DNA from: the human T2T-CHM13v2.0 reference genome, Homo sapiens
Reading direction: 5' to 3' (one strand)
Length of the DNA: 64,000 nucleotides
Assembly: GCF_009914755.1 (NCBI RefSeq)
Contig: NC_060947.1
In this document: piece by piece, positions 53,865 through 64,000 of the stretch
How the letters are laid out: every line of letters starts with the position of its first letter
Position numbering within the stretch: the first letter of the stretch is position 1
Position numbers and translations under genes: made by a program
Notes under the pieces: generated by a model
What the model was told of the DNA's origin: nothing
The model's input: only the letters and a program-made list of their open reading frames with translations
Databases searched by the model: none

Positions 53865-55431
53865 CTAGATAGAGGGAGAGAGAAATAGAAAGATGTTAAT
53901 CTGCTGGCTGGTCCCAATGTTTTTATATTTTTTTCATTTTCCCTGTCCATTATATTATGGAACAGGAACAGCTTTTAACGGTGTAATTTTCTTTGAGGGG
54001 CAAAAGTTAGATAACTTTCTTGTGAAATCATATATATACACACATATATGTAATATATAAATATATTAAATAGCTGTATTTGATATATAATATATATTTT
54101 ATTTTTCATCCTCCCATGGGTTTTATTTCTATATTTAGGCATAGTTTCTGATTGTGATTTGGAACTTGTAGTATGTTTTCCTCAAATTAAAAAACCTGGT
54201 ATCATGTTCATTTTCATATATATATAAAGAATTTTAGTGGGGGCAGAAAATCCCTAATGGGTTATAAATATTTACCAGATTGATTTCATAACACACTTGA
54301 AGTGGTAAGAACATTCTGCTAACACTTGAGGCAGCCTTTGCACTCCTCACTGCATTAATTTATGCTAATATCTATGGCAGCTTTGCGTAGGAAATGGACA
54401 TGATACCAGGTTTTTAAGTTTGTGGAAACCATACTACAAGTTCCAAATTATAATCATAGACTATGCCTAAATATAGAGATAAAATCCACAGGATGGAAAA
54501 ATAAAAGAAAATAAATACACAAGGGGATTAATATTTACAAATACGTGAGTGGATAAAAGTGGTCAGTTCTTGCTATGTTCTCTCGTGTGAACTGTAAGAT
54601 TTGTATCATCTGTTAACAGACTGTTTTTTTCCATTGCCTTTTCCCCTGAAACACATGTAACTGCTAAAGTAAAATGTTAATAGTTGGCTGTCTTTTAAAC
54701 ATATTTTTTAACTACAATTTTAAAAATAAGTACAGCATGAATGTTAGGTAAAGGTTGAGGTTTCTGTGTTTTTGCACAACAATCTTAGACCATTTTGTCA
54801 CATAAAACCTCTAATGCTAGCAGGAGAAAACATATGTGAAAGTAATTTGAGAGGTACAAACCCCAGTTTATTCAAGTGGGATTCCTGTGAAAGTCAGTGG
54901 GCTTTTTGTTTAATGACTTGCAAATATTCCAGCCATGCTTAAGAAACTCTGCCTATTTCCAACAGACAGCAGAAAAAATTCTGAAGTTCCAAAATTCAGC
55001 ATTTCTACCTTCTAAGCCTTCTTAGATTTTGAGGTTGCAAAAGCATGTTGAATGTGACATGTCACATTTTTGTAGTAGTTTTTCAAAACCTTTTCAAAGG
55101 AAACCATTAAGAGAAGAACAGCCTAGACCAATGTTATTCTGCGTGTGATTCACAGACTGGCAGCATCAGCATTACTACACTTTAAGTCTACAAAATCAGA
55201 CTCACTGGGAATGTGTCTTAGGTATCTGTTTTAACAAGTCCTCTAGATGATTTTTTTGCTACAGTTTGGGAGTCATGGACCAATAGTTGGGTGAATCTTT
55301 TGCTGCACCCATCATGGTCTTTATTTATTAAATTATTCTTTCTTATGGATGCTTAGTACCGGTACTCAATAACATAAATCACAGTGTTAAAAACAACAGC
55401 AACTAGTCAAATAGTCCATAATTTTCTTTTT

Positions 55432-55603
55432 CTTTCTTTCTTTCTTTTTTAAATCCGTATAAATGTATGGGGTACAACTGCAGTTTTGTTGCATGGGTAT
55501 ACTGCAGAGTGGTGAAGTCGGGTCTTTTAGTGTGTCCATCACCTGAATAATGTACATTGTACTCATTAAGTAATTTCTCATTACCCACACCCCTCCCATT
55601 CTT
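55432..55603 (-). mobile_element. Short L1 (L1PB/L1MA-type) 3' end in intron 1 of the pseudogene
   Basis: T-rich tail plus L1 3' terminus; TSD cataa(t/c)tttcttttt 55417-55431 / 55604-55618. Confidence 0.8.
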
Positions 55604-55883
55604 CATAACTTTCTTTTTAAAAACAGCCTTTTGCTATCGTTGTTTCTTAATACCCAAGTGAAATCACTAATCTACCAGACCAGGTTTTATGCAACAGCAA
55701 TGCACTCTTTCTAGGCTGAGATCAAACCTCATTCCTGTCTGCAGTTATCATGGCGTCTGGCACATAGCAATCATGTAGAGTGTTTGTCAACCATTTATAA
55801 TAATCTCCACATCCTTCAGTTTTCATTCTTCTCTAAAAACTTTGCAGAATGAGGTTCTAAGTCATATAATCGTCTGTCTTTAA

Positions 55884-56168
55884 CTGTGCTATCCAATGTG
55901 ATAACCACTAGTCACATGTGACTTTTGTGTTCTTGAAAAGTCGCTAGTCCAAAATGAGATGTGCCATATGCGCGCAAATCCATGCTGGATTTTGAAGACA
56001 ATGTGAAAAAAAGAATAAGTAACATCTTTTAAAAACATTGACTACATATTGCAATGATATTTTGTAAATTTTGTGTCAAATAAAACTTTAGTATCTTTTT
56101 TAAGTGGCAACTACAATTTTTTAAATTTGATATGTGACTCACATTATATTTCTGTTGGAAGGCATGGT
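55884..56168. mobile_element. MER33/MER3-like hAT-Charlie DNA transposon relic
   Basis: ctgtgctatccaatgtgataaccactagtcacatgtg start and cacattatatttctgttgga end. Confidence 0.75.
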
Positions 56169-56647
56169 TCTATAATATTTCTTTTATCCCCGTCAAAATA
56201 ATTCATCTAAACTTTAATTCATCTAAGAAATGTCTCATCTATGCAAATACAATTGCTTCTTAGAAATCAACAACCAGTTTGCCCTTCTTTTAGGTTGCCT
56301 TGACTTCTTGGATGATTTTGGCCATTCACTCACTGACATTTTTCCTCTTCTGTACTAAACAGGATTTTTTACTTCTTCCATTTGAAACATCTGCAAAATT
56401 ATTGGAGGACCTTAAGATGGTTGAGCTCAGAATACTGAAACCTCCCGGATCATTCCATTCTAAGAGCACAACCTAAGTGAGGGCAATAATCACTTTCTCT
56501 GTTTTCCTTGCACCTCCCACCTTTGAAAACTTAGAGTTGAAGAATAGAAGGCAGAAACGGGCTGATAATGTCTTAGCACAATCTTAAGTCTTCACTCCTA
56601 CCCACTATCCCCACCCCACTGGCTGAGGTTCTTTTCTTCCCACTCAC

Positions 56648-56695
56648 CTCCCTAGAGCCTGACATGCTGGTGTAATAGACTTTAATGGAACTCAT
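56648..56695 (-). pseudogene. SH3BGRL3-like exon 1 (coding part)
   Basis: ATG in GAAACAATGA context (A at -3), MSSIKVYYTSMSGSRE, consensus donor GAG|GTGAGT at 56647-56642. Confidence 0.92.
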
Positions 56696-56769
56696 TGTTT
56701 CCACTGAGTCTACTTTGCAGAAGCAACACAGGGTCAGCCTCTTCACCGCTGCTTCAGGCTCAACTCCCA

Positions 56770-56835
56770 TACCCCGCCCTGCCCTTATCCTTGGCCATTG
56801 GTAAGGGCCAGCGGCCCATGCACTCACCATTGGCT
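56770..56835 (-). promoter_or_regulatory. Putative promoter: GC box, GATA motif and two CCAAT boxes
   Basis: GGGCGGGG 56772-56779, GATAAG 56784-56789, CCAAT at 56797-56801 and 56829-56833 (32 bp apart), 80-140 bp upstream of the ATG in a locally GC-rich island. Confidence 0.65.
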
Positions 56836-57619
56836 GGGAAACAAGTGCCTCTGTAGCCTAGGCAAGGGTCCATTCCAGGGAATGCTGGTGAAGAGGAAGT
56901 GGAATCCCCACTGGCTTGGGGGAGTGGTCTGGACACCTAGGGATGATAAACTACAGGTAAGTCCTCTTCTATTGTCTCATCTGCGAGGCTCAGGGGAGGG
57001 GGAGAGGGAAGAGCAAATTGAATCTGCAATCCTGCTGCCTTTTCTCCCCCTCCATGCTTGGGAATGGAGGAGAACATGAACTTTCCTGCTGTCAACTGCA
57101 GCCACGCTTGAAAGACCTAGATACCTGAGGGAGAAAATGGCCAAAATAAAATGTAATCAGTGAAGAAAAGATAAATAAAAATCACGTTGCTTGTGCTTGT
57201 AGGGACAGAGCAAAAGGTGCCTGTCAGGACATGACCACTTTATCAACTTTTGTTATCTCTTAGCACAGGGAAATGCCTCCATTCTCCAGTCCTCCTCCCT
57301 TCTTGAGGGCGTGCTTTGTAAGCTGCCCTTTCCTTCTGGGAGTTGACCTTTTGGTTTCTGAAATAGCGGGTTCAATTGTCCCTGCCTGTCCTACACTTCC
57401 TCTTCCTTTTTCCTGTATAAAAGGGACCTCTGTCTTAAATGCTTGCTTCCTCTTCAATACGTTCATATCTCATTTTTTCAGCCTTTATTTTTTATTGTAA
57501 CCTTGTAAGGTAGTGGAAAATAGGAACAATATTTACAGGATTTGGGCAGTTTGCCAAATGTGGGGAATAGAAATTGAGAGTGAAGGGCCAAAGAACCTCA
57601 ACTCCAAACGTTTGAGTTA

Positions 57620-57830
57620 GGCACAGTTAGAATCTATGGCTCTACCACTTAATAACTATGAGTCTCAGGTAAATTACTTTCTCCAGTGTCAGTTTCTTTA
57701 TTGTTAAAAAGAGGGCAGTGATACCAACCTAAAAGCATCATTGTGAGGATTAAAATAATTGAGTACATAAAAGTGTTTGGTAAACTGTCTGACACATTGT
57801 AGGTAGTGCAGAAAATGATAATAAGTTTTG
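57620..57830 (+). mobile_element. MIR
   Basis: gctctaccacttaataactatgagtctcaggtaaattac...ttgtgaggattaaaataa. Confidence 0.65.
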
Positions 57831-57849
57831 TTTATGATAATAAGTGCCA

Positions 57850-58560
57850 CACTCTCCATATTGCTTGGGAACACATGCATGAATAAGACAAAGTGTTTAC
57901 CTTCAAGGAACTCACAGAGTGATAACTGGTAAGATGAAGTAAATACAATTAAGAGAAATCAAAACCAGGCTAGGTGGGTTAAGGCATGTATCTTTAAAGC
58001 ACTGAAACCTGATGGATGTATATACTCTGCCAGGAAATTATGAGAAAGAAAACATTTCAGGTAGAAGGACCGATAATGAAGCAATGTGGTAATTGGAGCT
58101 TTGGGAGCAAGTGGAGGAAAAGATGGAGGCTGAGGAAGTAAACAAGGCAAATCACAGAGGGGTTCAGCTTTCATGTTGTATTTTGATTTTTAATCATTGG
58201 AGGGTATTTTCTGTTTTTTAAAATTGTGGATAATCCCAACTGGCAGATTTGCTGCGAAGATTAAGCATAGAAGTTTCCTAAGAACATCTTTCACTTATGA
58301 GACACTCAATAAATTGTGTCTATGCTTATTATTAAATGATGGGTGATCAGAAGCCATTGAAGATTTCAGAAGGTTTGTGAGAAAGGTAGACCAATCTAGG
58401 ATGGCAATTGGATTGGAAAGAGGCAAGGTTGGAAGCAACTACAAAAATCTAAGAACCAAAAGTCATGAGAGAAGTGAAAAGGCAGATATTCTGAGGACAG
58501 GGCATTGCTACAACTGATTGAGCTGGAGGTAGGGGTGAGGACGGCAAAAGAGGTGGGATA
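57850..58560 (-). mobile_element. Degenerate L2 fragments
   Basis: gaataagacaaagtgtttaccttcaaggaactcaca and gaagccattgaagatttcag motifs. Confidence 0.5.
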
Positions 58561-58589
58561 TAACATAAAGGAGTCTATGTTAGAAGCAA

Positions 58590-61500
58590 AAAGTGTTCCA
58601 TTTTCCCAACACCTCACCAGCATCTGTCATTTTTTGACTTTTTAATAATAGCCATTCTGAGCTTTTACACTGTTGGTGGGAATGTAAATTAGTTCAACCA
58701 TTGTGGAAGACAGTATGGTGATTCCTCTAGGATCCTGAACCAGAAATACCATTTGACCGAGCAATCCAATTACTGGGTATATCCCCAAATGAATATAAAT
58801 CATTCTGTTATAAAGATATATGCACACATATGTCTATTGCAGCACTATTCACAATAGCAAAGATATGGAATCAACCCAAAACCCATTAATGATAGACTGG
58901 ACAAAGAAAATGTGGTACATATACACCATGGAATACTATGCAGCCATAAAAATGAATGAGATTATGTCTTTTGGAGCTGGAAGGCATCATCCTCAGCAAA
59001 GTAACACAGGAAAACAAAACCAAGCACCATATACTCTCACTCATAAGTGGGAGCTGAACAACGAGAACACATTGACACAGGGAGGGGAACAACACGAACT
59101 GGGGCCTGTCAGGGGGCAGAGGGAGGTGAGCAGCAGGACAAACAGCTAATGCATGTGGAGCTTAATACGTAGGTGATGGATTGATAGGTGCAGCAAACCA
59201 CTGTGACACACATTTACCTATGTAACAAACCTGCACATTCTGCACATGTATCCCAGAACCTAAAAAAAAATAAAAAAAATAATAATAACAATAGCAATTC
59301 TGACTGGTGTGAGATGGAATCTCATTTTGAATTTGATTCGCACTTCTCTAATAATTAGTGATACTGAAAATTTTGTCATATGCGTGTTGGCTGGGTCTAT
59401 ACCTTATTTTGAAAAATGTCTGCATCCTTTGCCTGCTTTTTGATAGGGTTGTTTTTTTTTATGCATGTTACTTTAAGTTCCTTATAGATTCTGGATATTA
59501 GACCTTTGTTGGGTGCATAATTTGCTAATATTTTCTCCCATTTAATAGATTGTCTGTTTACTCTGTTGATAGTTTCTTTTGCTGTGCAGAAGCTCTTTAG
59601 TTTATTTAGGTTCCAATTGTCAATTTGTGTTTCTGTTGCAATTGCTTTTGGCATCTTGGTCATAAAATCTTTTCCAGGTCCTTTGTCCAGAATGGTGTTT
59701 CCCAGGTTATCCCCCAGAATTCTTATAGTTTTAGGTTTTACATTTAAGTGTTTAATCCATCTTGAGATAATTTTTGTATATGGTGTAAGGAAGGGCTTCA
59801 GTTTCAGTCTTCTGCAGATGGGTAGCCAGTTGTTCCAGCACCATTTATTCAATAGGGAGTCCTTTCCCCATTGCTTGTTTTTGTCAATTTTGTTGAAGAT
59901 CAGATGGTTGTAGGTGGCTGGCATTATTTCTGGAGTCTCTATTCTGTTCCATTAGCCTATGTGTCTTTTTTTTTTGTACCAATATCATGCTATTTTGGTT
60001 ACTGTAGACTTTTAGTATAGTTTGAAGTCAGATAATGTGATGCCTCCAGCTTTGTTCTTTTAGCTTAGGGTTGCCTTGGCTATTCGGGCTCTTCTTTGGT
60101 TCCAAATGAATTTTAAATTAGAGTTTTCTAATTCTGTAATGAAATTTGTGTTTGATAGGAATAGCATTGACTTGGTAGTTTCATAGGAATAGCATTGAAT
60201 GTGTAAATTGCTTTGGGCACTATGGCCATTTTAACAATATTAATTCTCCCTACCTATGATCATGGAATGTTTTTCCATTTGTTTGTGCCATCTCTGATTT
60301 CATTAAGCAGTATTTTGTAATTCTTGCTGTAGAGGTTTTTCACCTCCTTGGTTAGCTATATTCTTGAGTATTTTATTCTTTTTGTGGCTATTTTGAATGG
60401 GATTGCATTCTTAATTTAGTTCCCAGCTTGGATGTTGTTGGTTTATAGGGATGCTACTGATTTTTGTACATTGATTTTGTGTCCTGAAACTTTGCTGAAG
60501 TTGTTTATCAGATAGATCAAGGAGCTTTTGGGCAGAGACTATAGGGTTTTCTAGCTATAGAATCATATTGTCTGCAAACAGGGAAAATTTGCCTTCCACT
60601 CTTCCCAACTGGATGCCTTTTATTTCTGGCTCTTGCCTAATTACTCAGGCCAGGACTTCCAGTACAATGTTGAATAGGACTAGAGAGAGAGCGTATCCTT
60701 GTCTTGTTCCAGTTTTCAGTGGGAATGCTTCCAGCTTTTACCCATTCAGTACGATGCTGGCTATGGTGTTTCATAGATGGTGCTTATTATTTTGAAGTAT
60801 TTTCCTTCAATGCCTAGTTTGTTGAGGGTGTTTAACATGAATAAATATTGAATTTTACGGAAGACCTTTTCTGCATCTACTGAGATGATCATGTGGTTTT
60901 TACTTTTAGTTCTGTTTATGTGGTGAATCACATTTATTGATTTGTGTATGTTGAATCAACCTTGCATTTTAGGGATGATGGTGGATTAGCTTTTTGATGT
61001 GTTGCTGGACTTTGTTTACTATAATATTAACAGTATTTTGTTGAGGATGTTTGCATCTATGTTCATCAAGGATATTGCCTTGAAACTTTCTTTTTTTGTG
61101 TGTGTCTCTGCAAGGTTTTGGTATCAACATCACGGTGGCATCATGAGTCAGGGAGGAGTCCATCCCCATCATTGTTTTTGAAGTATTTTCAGTAGGAATG
61201 GTACCAGCTCTTTTTTATGCACCTGGTAGAATTCAGCTGCGTTTTTGGTCCTGGGCTTTTTTTGGTTGGTGTGCTTTTTATTACTGATTCAATTTCAGAA
61301 CTTGTTATTGGTCTGTTCAGGGATTCAATCTCTTCCTGGTTAAATCTCAACATGTTGTATGTTGCCAGGAATTTATTTCTTCTAAGTTTTCTGGCTTGTG
61401 TGCATAGAGGTATTCATAGTAGTCTCCGAGGGTGTTTTTTTTTTTTTTCTATTTCTGGGTTATCATTGGTAATGTCCCCTTTGTCATTCTGATTGTGTTT

Positions 61501-61700
61501 TTCTCTTTTTTTTATTAGTCTAGCTAGCAGTCTAATTTCTTCCAAGGAACAAACTCCTGGATTCGTTGACCTTTTGTATGGTTTTTCTTCTCATTTTTCT
61601 TCAATTTAGCTCTGATTTTGGTTATTTATTTTGTCTTCTGCTAACTTTCGGGTTGGGTTGCTCTTTTCTCTCTCTTTTTCTTCTTCTTCTTTTTTTTTTT
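58590..61700 (-). mobile_element. Old L1PA ORF2 fragment, host of a nested + strand L1
   Basis: ORF2 homology 59397..59924 and 60969..61172; lacks 3'UTR. Confidence 0.85.
58661..59285 (+). mobile_element. 5'-truncated L1PA (about PA8-11) 3' end inserted antisense into the host L1
   Basis: 3'UTR and A tail at 59260-59285; TSD taa(t/c)aatagc(c/a)attctga 58643-58660 / 59286-59303. Confidence 0.88.
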
Positions 61701-62109
61701 AAATAGGTTTCATTATGTTTCCAGTGTAGGATTGTGACATGCCTCCTCATTTCACTGTGAGCCATTCCCTTGACTCTAAGCTAAATTAGTGCACTACTTC
61801 TTACAAGAGTGTATCTTTGACAACCTAAAATAATTAGGTTACTATGGCATACAAAATTATAACCTACTCTATAGTATGTTTGTGATAATCATTTATAATG
61901 GTAAAACTGTAAAACAAAAGCTGTATTGATAATTGTCGATAAAAATGTGAACTACATAGATATTTTGCTTATGCTGCCTAGTCTACTTTGGCAGTTTGCA
62001 TCTGGGTGTAAAAATCCTTCTAAAAAACAGGTAAGACATTTGTGAGGCTGAGGAAAATACATTATAAAGAGGGTAGTAAAGATTTTTCTTCTTCTTTTGT
62101 GTGTGTAAA

Positions 62110-62970
62110 TGTTTTATTATTATTCAAGTAATACGTGAATACATGCTCATTTGTACAAGAATTCAAACCATGTGTAAATATATAGAGTAAAATGTGAAAA
62201 TATTCCTTCAGTTACCGCCTACCACTGTCCCTCCAGAGGAAGCTACTATTAAGAATTTGATTTGTATCCTTTTCCGCCAACATGGTTACACATATTAAGG
62301 TAACTAAAAGGGAGAAAAAGTCAGTTTAACAAAGAAGTTAACCATGCTTTCTTTGAAGCTGGGCTTCCTGGGTTAAAACCCAGATTCTGTTACTTAATGT
62401 TGTGTGATATTGGTGATGTTATCTAATGTCTCTGTGCCTGGGTTTCCTCATAGGTAAAATGGGGATATTAAGCGCTTCATAGACATGTTATGAGGATGTC
62501 TTTAGCATGTGTGAAGTATTTAGAATAGTGCCTGGCATATAGTGCACACAATTCATCATGGAATCATGATGCATATATTGTTTCACAACTTGTATTCTGT
62601 ACACATAGGGGAAATGTAGTGTAGCCATTAAGAGCATGGATTCTGGTTCTGAATCCAATTATCAGGTGCAAATCCTAGTTCTATCATTTACTAGCTTTAT
62701 GCCTGTCAGGAAGTATATAAACTTCCTTTGTTTTCTCTGTAAAATGGGGGTAGTAGCTTTAGCTCTAAATTAAGTACTATATATAGGACATTTAGAATGA
62801 CTGACATGTAGTAATTACTCTGTAGATGCTTATTATTATTATGTCATTGAAAGCACTCAGTTTATTATTTCATGTTATAGATATATTATAATTAATTTAA
62901 CAATTCGTAGTTGATGGTCATTTAGATTACTTCTAAATATTCATTGTTACAAAATATTCTGGTATCCATA
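62110..62970. mobile_element. Interleaved L1ME-like 3' fragments and two MIRs (~62360-62545, ~62615-62840)
   Basis: MIR cores (tctctgtgcctgggtttcctcataggtaaaatgggg; ctctgtaaaatgggggtagtag) between degenerate L1M 3' sequence. Confidence 0.6.
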
Positions 62971-62977
62971 CTTTAAC

Positions 62978-63545
62978 TAAAGATGGAATTACCATTTGAC
63001 CCATTAGACCCACTGCTGGGTACCTATCAGAAGAAAAATAAATTGTTATGTAAAAAAAAACACCTGTACTTGTGTGTTTATCACAGCACTATTCACAATA
63101 GAAAAGTCATGGAATCAATTTGAGTGTCCATCAGTAGATGATTGGATAAAGAAAATATGGTATATACACACAATAGAATACTACCCAGCCATAAAATAAG
63201 AGTGAAATCATGTCTTTTGCAGCAGCATGAATGGAGTTTGAGGCCATTATCCTAAGTGAAATAACTTAGAAAGAGAAAACAAAATACCACACTTTCCCAC
63301 TTACAAGTGGGAGCTAAATGGGTATAAATGAGCATACGGAGGAAAATAATAGACACTGGAGACTACAGAAGGGGGCAGGTTGGGAGGGGGATGAGGGTTG
63401 AAAAATTACCTGTTGGGTACAATGCTCACTTTTCAGGTGATGGGTATGCTAGAAGCCTAAACTCCACCACTGCACAATATATCCATGTAACAAACCTGCA
63501 CATGTACCCCATGAATCTATAAATATTTTTTAAAAATTAAAATAA
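62978..63545 (+). mobile_element. L1PB4-like 3' end
   Basis: ORF2 C-terminus and 3'UTR (gagggttgaaaaattacctgttgggtacaatg...tgtaccccatgaatctataaa). Confidence 0.85.
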
Positions 63546-64000
63546 CCTTGTCTCTGCCTTAACTTGTATGAAAAAAAGCTAGTGCTATTAACATTTTCCC
63601 ATTCTCATTGTTACTGAAAACTTGAATAAACATTTTCAAGATCCTCTTTTGGATCACTACCATACCGAACATGTGATCAATCCATGTCATTTTCTTATTA
63701 GTTTGGTTCAATCCCAGGGTGTGAGTGGAAAGCAGAACAATTTGTGTGGTTAAAGCTTTATTTTTGAAGAGTAAACGAAATATGAGAACTAAATGAGCCA
63801 AACAGGACATCTTCTGTGTTTTTACTGTTGGAGTCTCAGAAAAACAAATCTTTAGGTATCCTGATATTTCAAAAAGGTAAGTCTAAAATCTTACATATTT
63901 TGGTTCTTTTTTTTGATTTTCTTCACAGAAGGCTGTAAATATGAATATAAGTGCATTTCCTGGAAACAGTTATAACAAACAGTGTTGTCTTATAAGAGGA

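Larger units (their letters stand above)
53237..56695 (-). pseudogene. Intron-containing SH3BGRL3-like (SH3BGR / glutaredoxin-like fold) pseudogene, 3 exons, 93 codons
   Basis: Spliced translation MSSIKVYYTSMSGSRE/VKQRQEEVTRILESYNIKYELTDVSISFKVLQ*MRIKVSTLKALPPQIFNGQEYRG/HFEMFYKAKENKEILKFLKME*; exon sizes 48/168/66 nt with phase-0 introns; family motifs VYxTSxxGSRE, EVTRIL, LPPQIFNG, FLK. Confidence 0.92.

Noticed and set aside
53237-56695. Processed pseudogene of SH3BGRL3 or SH3BGRL
   Set aside because: Two introns with splice signals are present, and there is no poly(A) tail or TSD around the coding sequence.
56573-56830. 85-aa ORF in the track as a standalone gene
   Set aside because: Only MSSIKVYYTSMSGSRE is family-like. 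The upstream part runs through the promoter motifs and the downstream part reads past the GTGAGT donor into the intron.

Overview
Primate, almost certainly human, genomic DNA; a young AluYa5 copy supports human origin. Roughly two-thirds of the window is LINE-1, mostly on the minus strand and heavily nested, with MaLR/ERVL LTR elements, Alus, MIR/L2 and hAT relics. No intact protein-coding gene is present and nearly all long ORFs in the track are L1 ORF1/ORF2 debris. The first ~260 bp look like the end of a + strand 3'UTR, which I recognise from memory as probably SH3BGRL (Xq21.1). The main find is a three-exon, intron-containing SH3BGRL3-like gene on the minus strand (exons 56648-56695, 53697-53864, 53237-53302). 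Its 93 codons align without gaps to SH3BGRL3 as I recall it. It is disabled by an in-frame TAA and a GG in place of the last splice acceptor, and keeps a recognisable CCAAT/GC-box promoter. It looks like an ancient fifth SH3BGR-family member lost in this lineage (a unitary pseudogene). Also notable: a TSD-flanked chimeric L1 + mRNA-3'UTR retrocopy (20472-24060), a full-length L1PA2/3 with the ZNF93-escape deletion, and a tiny twin-primed L1. Repeat subfamily names are by eye and boundaries are approximate.
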